Origin: Chiloscyllium plagiosum
Taxonomy: Eukaryota
Direction: 5' to 3'
DNA length: 34,132 nucleotides
NCBI RefSeq assembly: GCF_004010195.1
Contig: NW_025215367.1
Coordinates: 52,098-86,229 of the forward strand
The first letter of the stretch is position 1; the number at the start of each line of letters is the position of its first letter. Of the stretch, positions 11,141-20,534 are shown in pieces. The position numbers and the translations under genes are program-made. The notes beneath the pieces were generated by a model. The model worked only from the letters and a program-made list of their open reading frames with translations, was not told the DNA's origin and made no database searches.

Positions 11141-11834
11141 TGCCACTATTAGCTCCTTCCCAATGTGTATCAAATCCTGGAATTATTACAACACATCGTC
11201 CGGTTGCTTTTGAGCAAATTGTTCACGCACTTGGAGTATGATATTAACTCGGGTGGTTAGAAAAAAATACGAATTGATGTGAGTCAGGAGCTTCCCTGGT
11301 TTGACACCTCCAGCCGCAGGATGGTTTAGGATGGCCTGAGCGAGCATGATGAGATGAGGAATATGTGTTACCGTCCTCAATAGCATCATCAAGTCATAAA
11401 GACCCTGATGCGTAGCTGCTTCCCATCTGCCGTTTTGCAGAAGTGTTGCTCTGGTGGCAGTTGGATGACCAGGTGGATCTTGCAGTCGGAGACACAGAAG
11501 GGAACAGGAACAGGCTTTAACCTCCCCAGCTGGCTTGCTGCCAGCTAATGCGCCGATCTCCTCCACCTCGAGCCCCATTTCCCACTCTGTCCTCCTACGT
11601 CCAGACGTCGCTCGATCGCAGAGCTTTGTGCTTCATTCGTGGGCCTGGCCTTTGTTGCTCCTGTCCCTGATGGGCCCCTCGCGAAGCTGGCTTGCCCTGT
11701 TGGACCCGGTGCGCGCCGACCCACCGCGCCCTCAGGGAGGGAATTCCGGGATCTTGACGCTGAAGGGACGGCCGGTGCGTTTCCACGTCGGGATTGGAGG
11801 AGGTGGCTCGGAGTGAATTTTGAAAGAAATCTTC

Positions 11835-12055
11835 ACCTCAGAGAGAGCCTGTGGGGGTCTCTGTCACGGAAAGGGCTGGAGGCCGAAACATCGAATGTTT
11901 GCCAGAAGGAGTTGGATATAGTTCTCGGGGCTAAAGGGATCAAAGGGGTATGGTGTAGAAAGCCGGAACAGGGGACTATGTTGGATGGTTCACCCACTGT
12001 CCTATTGAATGATGTGGTAAACTTGAATGGCCTACTCCTTTTCCTATGTTTCTCC
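11835..12055 (+). mobile_element. Old CR1 3' end
   Basis: ESLWGSLSRKGLEAETSNVCQKELDIVLGAKGIKG then GAATGGCCTACTCCTTTTCCTATGTTTCT terminus. Confidence 0.8.
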
Positions 12056-12124
12056 TGAGGCCTGTGAGGCAGAATTACGTCTTCACTCAGGGACTTGTGA
12101 ACCTGTGGAACTCTGCGCCCTGCT

Positions 12125-12185
12125 TTTAGAACCATACAGGATCTCTACAGGCAGAGAGAGGCCATTCGGCCCATCTGGCCCGCAC
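12125..12185 (-). mobile_element. CR1 extreme 3' tail fragment
   Basis: TAGAACCATA...TACAG.CAGAGAGAGGCCATTCGGCCCATC is the antisense CR1 terminus. Confidence 0.6.
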
Positions 12186-12384
12186 CCACCCCATCCCGAG
12201 GAGCGTCCATTGTCCGAAGAGGCTCCATACTGAGATGGGTAGATCTTTGAGAATCCAGGGCTCGGACACGGGACGCCAATGGAATTTACCTGGGCCCTGC
12301 TCCCGCTCCTGGGACGCAAACTTCCCTTTATCCCTTCCCGGGGCGGGGGAACGTCTCTTCAGTGGGAGAGAGGGCCTGGCAGGG

Positions 12385-12497
12385 ACATTTTCGACCGCGT
12401 CGCTGTGGGGTCTGGAGTCACATGTAGGGCCCAGACCGTGTACAGACGGCAGATTCCATCACGCGATGTACGGTCATGAACCAGGCGCCATTTTTAA
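12385..12497 (-). mobile_element. Internal fragment of second SINE family
   Basis: CGCTGTGGGGTCTGGAGTCACATGTAGG..CAGACC matches 1065-1100. Confidence 0.6.
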
Positions 12498-12559
12498 CCG
12501 CTGTCCACGGCACGAGTCTTGGCCCCTCCCCCCATCGGCACGGCTTGCTCTCAAATCCG

Positions 12560-12990
12560 GATCCGGGGCTGGCGGAGAGGTGGGTGGGATGACGGTGCAG
12601 GTAGGAGCTGGCTGTGATAGGTCAGTGGGAAGGAAGGGTCAGGTCAAGGAGGCGGGACAGGGAGGGGAGAGGGCCAGTCCCGGGATGGGGTTGGGGAGAT
12701 TTGGAAGCCGGTGAATTCTACGTCGAGGCCTTGCGGTTGTAAGCTCCCAGGTTTGGAAGTTGAGGTGTTCCTCCATCAGTTTGCCTGGGGCCTTGTGTTG
12801 ACGGTGGAGGAGGCCCAGGATGGACATATCATGGAGTGGGGGTTGGAGTGGGAGGGGGAGCTGACCTGGAAGGTGGGGTTGATTGGAGAGTTGGGACCAG
12901 AGGTGTTCCCTTGAACCGGTCTCCGAGTTACATACAGTCTCTCCCATGAGGAGGAGACCACATCAGGTTGGAGGAAATGCAGGCCGGACT
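12560..12990 (-). mobile_element. Penelope-like element remnant: GIY-YIG endonuclease C-terminal half plus pyrimidine-rich 3' region
   Basis: Frameshifted minus-strand translation GET....REHL....DMSILGLLH.Q..A..KL.EEHL.F matches the vertebrate PLE GIY-YIG pattern (YIGET.R.L..RF.EHL...MSILGLL.C...RKLEEQHLIF). Confidence 0.75.
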
Positions 12991-13045
12991 TGGACTGGTG
13001 CTTTGGAGGGAGGACATTCCAGGTCCTCACTACCTCCAAGGTAAA

Positions 13046-14690
13046 GCAGAGATACAGAGACAGAGAATGAACAGGAAAGCTGGGCATCAGAGAGAGCAGA
13101 CTGGGTTGTGAAGATAAAGAAAGCANNNNNNNNNNNNNNNNNNNNNNNNNNNNNNNNNNNNNNNNNNNNNNNNNNNNNNNNNNNNNNNNNNNNNNNNNNN
13201 NNNNNNNNNNNNNNNNNNNNNNNNNNNNNNNNNNNNNNNNNNNNNNNNNNNNNNNNNNNNNNNNNNNNNNNNNNNNNNNNNNNNNNNNNNNNNNNNNNNN
13301 NNNNNNNNNNNNNNNNNNNNNNNNNNNNNNNNNNNNNNNNNNNNNNNNNNNNNNNNNNNNNNNNNNNNNNNNNNNNNNNNNNNNNNNNNNNNNNNNNNNN
13401 NNNNNNNNNNNNNNNNNNNNNNNNNNNNNNNNNNNNNNNNNNNNNNNNNNNNNNNNNNNNNNNNNNNNNNNNNNNNNNNNNNNNNNNNNNNNNNNNNNNN
13501 NNNNNNNNNNNNNNNNNNNNNNNNNNNNNNNNNNNNNNNNNNNNNNNNNNNNNNNNNNNNNNNNNNNNNNNNNNNNNNNNNNNNNNNNNNNNNNNNNNNN
13601 NNNNNNNNNNNNNNNNNNNNNNNNNNNNNNNNNNNNNNNNNNNNNNNNNNNNNNNNNNNNNNNNNNNNNNNNNNNNNNNNNNNNNNNNNNNNNNNNNNNN
13701 NNNNNNNNNNNNNNNNNNNNNNNNNNNNNNNNNNNNNNNNNNNNNNNNNNNNNNNNNNNNNNNNNNNNNACAGTAGTAGAGAACCCAGAGATTGAGAGAG
13801 AGAGAGGCCAGACTGAGAGCACGGAGGAGTGCAGAGATAAAGGAGGCATGGAGATTGAGAAAATAGAAGGAGAGAGAAGGGCCAGACAGAGAGAGGGAAG
13901 ACTGGTTCTGGAAATAAAGGAAGTTGAGGGACCAGAGAGAGAAGAGACAGACAAAATGGAGGATATAAAGGCAGCACAGAGACTGAGGAATCACAGAGAG
14001 CGCGAGAGAAAGAGAGAGGGGATGGACAGAGCGAGAGCAGACCGGGTTTGAAGATAAAGGAGGCGCAGAGATTGAGAAACAAGGGAGAGAGAGAAAGAGA
14101 GAGAAATGACAGGGTGAGTGCAGACTGGTTCTGGAGATTGAGGAAACAAAGAGAGAGATAGAGAACCCAGCGATAGAGAGAGAGAGAGTGAGAGAGAGAA
14201 AACAAACAGAGAATAGAGGAGAGATAGGCACCAGAGAGAGAGTTTCTAAATTTGAAACAAGAGAGAGAGAGAGAGATATTAGCCAGACAAAGAGTGTGGA
14301 AAAGTGCAGAGATAAAGAAAGCACAGAGATTGTGGAATCACATCGAGAGAGAGAAGGTTTGGACAGAGAGAACAGGCTGGCTCTGGAGATAAAGGAAACA
14401 GTGGGAGGTAGAGAACTCAGACATACAGAGACTAGGGCCAGACAGAGAGAGCAGAGATAAAGCAAGCACAGAGATTGTGGAATCACAAGGAGAGAGAGAG
14501 AAGGGGATGGACAGAGGGAGACAGAGCGGAGAGGTGGTTCTGAAGATAAAGGAAGTGGAAGTACCAGAGATAGAGAGAGAGAGAGAGAGAGGGCCAGACA
14601 GAGAGAGGGGAGGAGTGCGGGTATTAGGGAGAAATCATGTCAAAATATTACAGAAAAACAGAGATCGCAGAGAGAACTGAGAAGATGGAA
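13046..14690. repeat. GA-rich low-complexity region with loose repeats, flanking and spanning an assembly gap
   Basis: Recurring GAGATAAAGGA, GCACAGAGATTG, GGCCAGACAGAGAG and (GA)n tracts. Confidence 0.8.
13126..13769. other. Assembly gap (644 N)
   Basis: Run of N. Confidence 1.
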
Positions 14691-14694
14691 ATCA

Positions 14695-15265
14695 GAATCA
14701 ATGGGCTGTCAAATCTCAGGCCTCCATTTCCCTGGAGTATAATTCTGAGTGCTAAAGGAAAGCAATTAAGGGGGTGCGGTGTTAAATCCTCCCCGTGTCT
14801 CTGTGGTACAAAGCGTTTATCTTGTAGGCCCTGTGCTCCTCTGCAAGTTCAATATTTGCAAGTTGAAAACTCGCTTTCGATAAGGTGATAATTGTCGAAT
14901 TGTTAATCAGTTTTAATTGCAGCTCCCTTGGAAATCTAAAAATAGCGCTAATCTACGATCTTTCAGAACAGGAACCTTGATTATCAGGAAAAATTATAAG
15001 CCACTTGGCATGAATGATCATTTACCGGTTATTAAGCCCTGCCGGGTGCTGCGGAATTAATTTGCGTGTCGGTGTGAGATTCGAGAGATTGCACACTGAC
15101 AGGGAGGGAAATGGGCCATTATCTGCCTCCCTTAGAAAGGCCGTTCCCTTCCTGGGCGCTATGCAAATGAAAGGCGGCAGCTACCTCAAACAGAATAAAG
15201 AAACCAGAGAGAGTCGGGGTCAGTGATTTGCACAGCAGTGCGTCACGGACGGCGCCTTATTAGCG
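14695..15265. promoter_or_regulatory. Candidate intronic cis-regulatory / conserved non-coding element
   Basis: Unique non-repetitive island with many TAAT/ATTA cores and an exact octamer ATGCAAAT at 15161-15168. Function is inference only. Confidence 0.3.
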
Positions 15266-15411
15266 ATGGGGATTTTTGACCATCAGATCATAAGGGATTG
15301 GGGCAGAAGGTGGCCATGCAGCTCCTCGATTTCTGCCCCGGCCATCCCACGCATCCGTTTTCCTGCCCTCTCCCTTGATTCCCCAACGGATCGGGAATCC
15401 ATCTAAGAAAG

Positions 15412-15500
15412 AAACATAGGACTGTGGATGCTGGGAGTCAAAAACAAAAACAGAAATGGCTGGAAACATCTGGCAGCATCTGTGGAGAGAGAGAGAGAGT
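15412..15500 (-). mobile_element. Penelope-like pseudo-LTR fragment
   Basis: GGACTGTGGATGCTGG...CAGAAATGGCTGGAAA..TCTGGCAGCATCTGTGGAGAGAGA is the inverse homologue of 10610-10703 and similar to 19122-19197. Confidence 0.6.
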
Positions 15501-15617
15501 AGGGTGTGACAATGCTCCAGGTTTAAGAGGTTATTTCACCCTGGTATTTTTTTGTTGAAGGGAGTTTGTCACGCAGACATACTGAGCAGTGGCCCAAAAC
15601 AATGGAGTAAACAGCTT

Positions 15618-16238
15618 AGAATCATAGAGCTGTACAGCATGGAAACAGACCCTTCGGTCCAACCCGTCCATGCTGACCAGATATCCCAACCCAATCCAGT
15701 CCCACCTGCCAGCACTTGGCCCATATCCCTCTAAACCCTTCCTATTCATGTCCCCATCCAGATGCCTTTTAAATTGTACCAGCCTCCACCACTTCCTCTG
15801 GCAGCTCATTCCATACACGCACCACCCTCTGCGTGAAAAAGTTGCCCCTTAGGTCTCTTTTATATCTTTCCCCTCTCACCCTAAACCTATGCCCTCTCGT
15901 TCGGCACTCCCCCACCCAGGGAGTCTATTTACCTTATCCGTGCCCCCTCATGATTTTATAAACCTCGATAAGGTCACCCCCCTCAGCCTCCAGGGAATAC
16001 AGTCCCAGGTCCCTTTTATATCTTTCCACTTTCACCCTAAACCCAAGCCCTCTAGTTCTGGACTCCCCTACTCCATGGAAAAGAGCTTGTCTATTTACCT
16101 TATCCATGCCCCTCATGATTTTATAAGCTTCCATAAGGTCACTCCCTCAGCCTCCAATACTCCAGGGAAAACAGCCCCAGCCTATTCAGCCTCTCCCTGT
16201 CACTCAAACCCTCCAACCCTGGCAACATCCTTGTAAAT
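15618..16238 (-). mobile_element. CR1 (HER1-type) 3' end with an internally duplicated ORF2 segment
   Basis: Starts at the terminus AGAATCATAGAGCTGTACAGCATGGAAACAGACCC. Segment AGGTC.CTTTTATATCTTTCC...CCCTCAGCCTCCA occurs twice (~15851-15992 and ~16007-16155). Confidence 0.9.
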
Positions 16239-16269
16239 CAATTCTTGGTTTTTTAAAAAAAGTTTGAAC

Positions 16270-16785
16270 AATAGAAGCAGCCTGGCTGGGCGTGGCCAGC
16301 TCTCACTGAATCAGGATTTCTAGTTTTTGTTTTTAGGTTTAGTTTTACATGGTTGCTGCTGTGGGTTTAAAAGTTATTTTCCCCCTCTCTCGATTATAGC
16401 CAGATGCTGGGGTTTCTCTTCCTAGCTTGCTGGATTGCGTATGAGACAAGACCTATTTTTCTGAATTTGCCTTTTCACCAAAGGGTGCATTTATGGGATG
16501 TTACTATGTTGGAACCATTAATTAGTAATAGTTGTTGTATCTATTATTGGGTTAAGTTTTCCAATAGGTTGTTGTAAATTCCTCTTTATGCTGTTTGTAT
16601 TTTAACTACAGTGTTTCAATAAATTGTGTTTTATTTAACATCAAGTTGTTTGACCAGACGAATTGCATCTGGAACAAAGCACTACACACTTGCCTTAAAA
16701 ATAAGGAAAAGTTAGGATCTCAGCTCCCTTTTTAAAATACTTTGGTGGGGTGGGGGGGGGGGGGGCGGGGTTTGGTCTGGTTAAT
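16270..16785 (+). mobile_element. Possible solo-LTR remnant
   Basis: T-rich segment, AATAAA at 16618-16623, U5-like end ...GGTCTGG. No TG..CA termini or TSD identified. Confidence 0.25.
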
Positions 16786-16794
16786 CTTTCAGGT

Positions 16795-17150
16795 CCAAAA
16801 TGGAATCTATCTGTCTCAGCCTTAAATATACACACAGACTCTGCCCCCTCTACAGCTCCCTGAGTTAGAAAGACTCACAAACCTCTGACAGAGGAAATTC
16901 CTCCTCACTTCAGTCTTAAATCGGTGCCCTTTTATTCCGAGACTGTGTCCTCTGGTCCTAGAGTCCCCATGAAGGGGGGAAACACCCTCTCAACATTGAC
17001 CCTGACAACCCCCTCCATAAGAGATCCCCTCCCATCCTTCTCAACTGCAGTGGATACAGTCCCAACCTGTTTAATGTTTGTTCATGAGACAATCCCTCCA
17101 GACCAGCGATCATCCTCATGAACCTTTTCTGTACTGCCTGCAATGAAATG
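16795..17150 (-). mobile_element. Old CR1 3' fragment
   Basis: Minus strand QAVQKRFMRMIAGLEGLSHEQTLNRLGLYPLQLRRMGGDL. Confidence 0.82.
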
Positions 17151-17227
17151 ATGTTTTGTTACGGTGAGAGATAGAGACAGCTTCTCAGTGAGGAACTGTT
17201 TTTGGCAGAGAGGGTCAGAATCTGGAG

Positions 17228-18150
17228 GGGTTAGGATTAAGGAGTGGATTAAAGATAGGGTTAAGGTTAGGCTTCAATTAGAGTCAGGGTTAGGGATCGG
17301 AGTAGGGTTAGGGTTAATGTTAGGTTTAGGGTGAAGGTTAGGTTTAGGTTAGAGTCAGGGTTAGGAATTGGGTTAAGGTTAAGTTGAAGGTTAGGGTTGA
17401 GGTTAAGGTTAGGTTTAGGGTTAAGGCTAGTTTTAGGGTTAGGGTTAAGGTTTGGGTTAGGGTTAAGGTTAGGTTTAGGTTAAGGCTAGTTTTAGGGTTA
17501 GGGTTAAGGTTTGGGTTAGGGTTAAGGCTAGTTTTCGGGTTAGGGTTAAGGTTAGGTTTACGGTTAAGGCTAGTTTTAGGGTTAGGGTTAAGGTTTGGGT
17601 TAGGGTTAAGGCTAGTTTTCGGGTTAGGGTTAAGGTTAGGTTTACGGTTAAGGCTAGTTTTAGGGTTAGGGTTAAGGTTTGGGTTAGGGTTAAGGCTAGT
17701 TTTCGGGTTAGGGTTAAGGTTAGGTTTACGGTTAAGGCTAGTTTTAGGGTTAGGGTTAAGGTTTGGGTTAGGGTTAAGGCTAGTTTTCGGGTTAGGGTTA
17801 AGGTTAGGTTTACGGTTAAGGCTAGTTTTAGGGTTAGGGTTAAGGTTTGGGTTAGGGTTAAGGCTAGTTTTCGGGTTAGGGTTAAGGTTAGGTTTTTCAG
17901 GTTAGGGTTAAGGTTCAGGTTAGGGCCAAGGTTCAGGTTAGGGTTAAGGTTCAGGTTCAGGTTAAGGTTCAGGTTAGGGTAAAGGTTCAGGTTAGGGTTA
18001 AGGTTCAGGTTAGGGTTAAGGGCTGGGTTAGGGTTAGGGTTAAGTTTAAGACTAAGGTTAGGGTTTTGGGTTAGAGTTAGGATTAGAGTTAAGGTTCAAG
18101 TTGGGGTTAGGATTAAGGTTAACGTTAGGTTTACGGATTGGTTTCAAGTT
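17228..18150 (+). repeat. Interstitial telomere-like (TTAGGG/TTAAGG)n array with 84-bp higher-order core
   Basis: G-rich strand on +. A 14-hexamer unit starting AGGCTAGTTTTA occurs at 17483, 17567, 17651, 17735 and 17819. Confidence 0.95.
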
Positions 18151-18390
18151 TGGAGGAGACTCTCTTGACACTGGCGGCTGTTCTGGTGCACGGTGACGTT
18201 ACTCTACCCGGTATAACCCAGCTGCCTTTACCCTGATAGACACCAGGGACCGGCAGGTGCTGTCAGACAGATGCAGAGCTGGAAAAGCAGGGCAGAGCAT
18301 TGGAGTATTGGACCGAGACCCTGGGCCAGGACAGCCTGAACCCTGCTGTGCTTCTCCAGCTCCCCCTTCCTCCCTGGTGTATGCCAGCTG

Positions 18391-18439
18391 TCTAACGGTC
18401 CGTATTTCTCTCCCGCCCCGCTCCCCACCCCCTCGGCAG
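18391..18439 (+). promoter_or_regulatory. Branch point, pyrimidine tract and 3' splice site of the neurexin exon
   Basis: TCTAAC (branch A 18395), AG-free C-rich tract, CAG at 18437-18439. Confidence 0.8.
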
Positions 18440-18741
18440 CGAAGGAAGAGTCTGTGGCCACCTTCAAGGGCACCGAGTTCTTCTGCTACGACCTCTCGCA
18501 CAACCCCATCCAGAGCAGCAGCGACGAGATCACCCTCTCGTTCCGGACCCTGCAGCGCAACGGGCTCATCCTGCACACGGGCAAGTCGGCCGACTACGTT
18601 AACCTGGCGCTGAAGAACGGCGCCGTCTCGCTGGTCATCAACCTGGGCTCGGGGGCCTTCGAGGCTCTGGTGGAGCCCGTCAACGGCAAGTTCAACGACA
18701 ACGGCTGGCACGACGTCCGGGTCACCCGCAACCTCCGTCAG
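18440..18741 (+). CDS. nrxn2: Alpha-neurexin internal coding exon, N-terminal part of the LNS2 (laminin G) domain between splice sites SS1 and SS2. Most similar to neurexin-2
   Basis: 302 nt, phase 1 to phase 0, cag|CG AAG GAA GAG ... CGT CAG|gtaatg. Encodes (A)[115 protein letters not shown] and HDVRV are NRXN2-type states. Neurexin identity is certain, the paralogue call less so (~0.7). Confidence 0.95.
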
Positions 18742-18772
18742 GTAATGACCGGGTGCCGAGGGGGAGCGTCCA

Positions 18773-18988
18773 ACCCCCCCCCCCCCTCCCGCCTTCCACC
18801 CTCGGTCTCGGGGCTGCGGGGGGGGAGGGGAGGCAGACCGCGGTTTCTCGCTGGGACCCCCCTGCTCGGCGCAAGTTGTTCCGCCCCGCATTTACGTATC
18901 GACGGGGTTGGGGGGAGGGGGGTGGGGGGGCGTTCGATGGACGCCCCCCCTGGGGGGGGGGGGGGGGGGGGGGGGGAGGGAGGGAGGG
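18773..18988 (+). other. G/C-run-rich intron start with G-quadruplex potential
   Basis: C-run from 18773, many G4+ runs, G25 at 18952-18976. Confidence 0.6.
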
Positions 18989-19207
18989 CATCTGCCACTT
19001 GTCCAGGGGAGTCGTGCAGCACGGGAGACAGACTCTTTGGTCCAACCCGTCCCTGACGGTCCTGAAGTTAATGCGGTCCCGTTTGCCAACGCTTGGCCCA
19101 TATCCCTCCAAGGAGAGAGCGAGGACTGCAGATGCTGGAGATCAGAGAGGAGAGAGGGTGAGGCGCTGGGAAAGCACAGCAGGTTCAGGCAGCATCCGAG
19201 GAGCAGG

Positions 19208-19246
19208 AGGATCGACGTTTCGGGCATACGCCCTTCAACAGGAATC
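19208..19246 (-). ncRNA. Minimal hammerhead-ribozyme-like motif (PLE type), antisense copy
   Basis: AUUC CUGUUGA A GGGC-GUAU-GCCC GAAA C GUC GAU. GUC triplet present but core A6 changed to U. Confidence 0.5.
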
Positions 19247-19282
19247 TGCTGATGAAGGGCTCCTGCCCGAAACGTTGAATTT
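19245..19282 (+). ncRNA. Minimal hammerhead-ribozyme-like motif (PLE type), sense to neurexin
   Basis: CUGAUGA (19249-55) A GGGC-UCCU-GCCC GAAA C GUU. Core and helix II intact, palindromic ACGU helix III, helix I imperfect. Confidence 0.6.
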
Positions 19283-20124
19283 CCTGCTCCTCGGAATCTG
19301 CCTGAACCTGCTGTGCTTTTCCAGCGCCACACTCCCGACCCCCATTTCCCTCCAAACCCTTCCTATTCATGTTCCCATCCAGATGCCTTTTAAGTGTTGT
19401 CATTGTACCAGCCTCCACCACTACCTCTGGCAGCTCATTCCACACACATACCACCCTCTGGATGAAAAAGTTGCCCCTTGGGTCCCTTTTATATCTTTCC
19501 CCTCTCACCCTAAACCTATGCCCTCTAGTTCAGGACTCCTCGACCCCAGGGAAAAGACTTTGTCTATTTACCCTGTACATGCTCCTCATGATTTTATAAA
19601 CCTCTATAAGGTCACCTCTCAGCGTCCGACCCTCCAGGGAAAACAGCCCCAGCCTGTTCAGCCTCTCCCTGTAGCTCAAACCCTCCCACCCTGGCACCAT
19701 CCTTGTAAATCTTTTCTGAACCCTTTCAAGTTTCACAACATCTTTCCGATAGGAAGGAGACCAGAATTGCACACAATATTCCAACAGTGGCCTAACCAAT
19801 GTCCTGTACAGCCGCAACATGACCTCCCAACTCCTGTACTCAATACTCTGACCAATAAAGGAAAGCATACCAAACGCCTTCTTCACTATCCTATCTACCT
19901 GCGACTCCACTTTCAAGGAGCTATGAACCTGCACTCCCAGGGACAGCAGGATTTCTGCACCTTCCTGAAGTCAGAGGAGAGAACATGACTGGGCTGGGGT
20001 TATGTGGGAGGGGGCAGTGGGGTAGAGGGGAATGACAGCAAAGTTTAAAAGAAACTTTAAAAAATTTCTCCTTGTCTCTCGTGATAAATCCGGTAGCGGG
20101 TAGAACTGCCAAAACTCTGCGACA

Positions 20125-20525
20125 CAGCAAGAGTCCATTCAGGCCCTCTACCTATGGGTCTACTACCTGTCCATTCTGATTCTCCCTTCAAGCCCCTTGA
20201 CCAGCTTCCTTGTAACTGAGGTCAGGGGTTTCCACCTCGACTGGTGAACCAGGCTACGGATTTCAGACGCTCCCAACCCCTGCCCCAATCCTGCACGTGT
20301 CTCACATCCGCTCTAATCGATTGGCCGTTCACCTTCAACTTGTGCCACCTGATCCAGGGAGCATAGCGATTTCTGCTGTCCGCTCTATCCCAGCCTCTCA
20401 ATACATTGTTCACTTTGTTTAAACCATTCCTCGGTCTCCTCTGTTCTGAGGAAAACAACTCCCAGTCTCTCTGAGCTTTCCTCATAGCTACAGGTTTCAA
20501 ACTCTGCTACGGGGCCTGAATGTCA
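20125..20525 (-). mobile_element. Old CR1 3' fragment
   Basis: Minus strand ELFSSEQRRPRNGL.KV..VLRGWDRAD...HKLKV. GTCCATTCAGGCCCTC is terminus-like. Confidence 0.65.
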
Positions 20526-20534
20526 CTTCTGTAC

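Larger units (their letters stand above)
19112..19340. mobile_element. 229-bp palindromic non-autonomous Penelope-type element (inverted pseudo-LTR pair) with 15-bp TSD
   Basis: TSD CCCATATCCCTCCAA (19097-19111) / CCCATTTCCCTCCAA (19341-19355). Inverted arms 19162-19241 and 19249-19328, about 85% complementary, 7-nt spacer. Confidence 0.85.
19008..19940 (-). mobile_element. CR1 (HER1-type) 3' part, interrupted by the palindromic insertion
   Basis: Open 134-codon ORF2 stretch at 19530-19934 (QVHSSLKVESQVDRIVKKAFGMLSFIGQSIEYRSWEVMLRLYRTLVRPLLEYCVQFWSP). 3' UTR at 19008-19111 resumes at 19341. Confidence 0.93.

Noticed and set aside
11261..11278. 18-nt AG...GTGAGT candidate for a neurexin SS1 microexon
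   Set aside because: Right length and strong donor, but no pyrimidine tract and a TGA stop in the required phase-1 frame (EKNTN*).
11335..11366. Minus-strand peptide HIPHLIMLAQ resembling the SS1 insert GLAHLMMGDQ
   Set aside because: Opposite strand to the exon and no flanking AG/GT. Likely chance.
12776..14486. Long ORFs spanning N runs (also 20497-21161)
   Set aside because: Artefacts of assembly gaps and GA/CT low-complexity sequence.
15231..15256. RE1/NRSE-like CACGGACGGCGCC
   Set aside because: Right half has a mismatch in the GGACAG core and the left half (CAGCAG) is mismatched and mis-spaced. Too weak to call.
17384..17905. 173-aa VR/GL dipeptide ORF
   Set aside because: Translation of telomere-like repeats. 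No evidence of coding use.
18742..19056. Continuation of ORF 18454-19056 beyond RNLRQ, and the GTG start at 18454
   Set aside because: Homology stops at the CAG|GTAATG donor. The rest is low-complexity intron and the 5' end is a splice acceptor.
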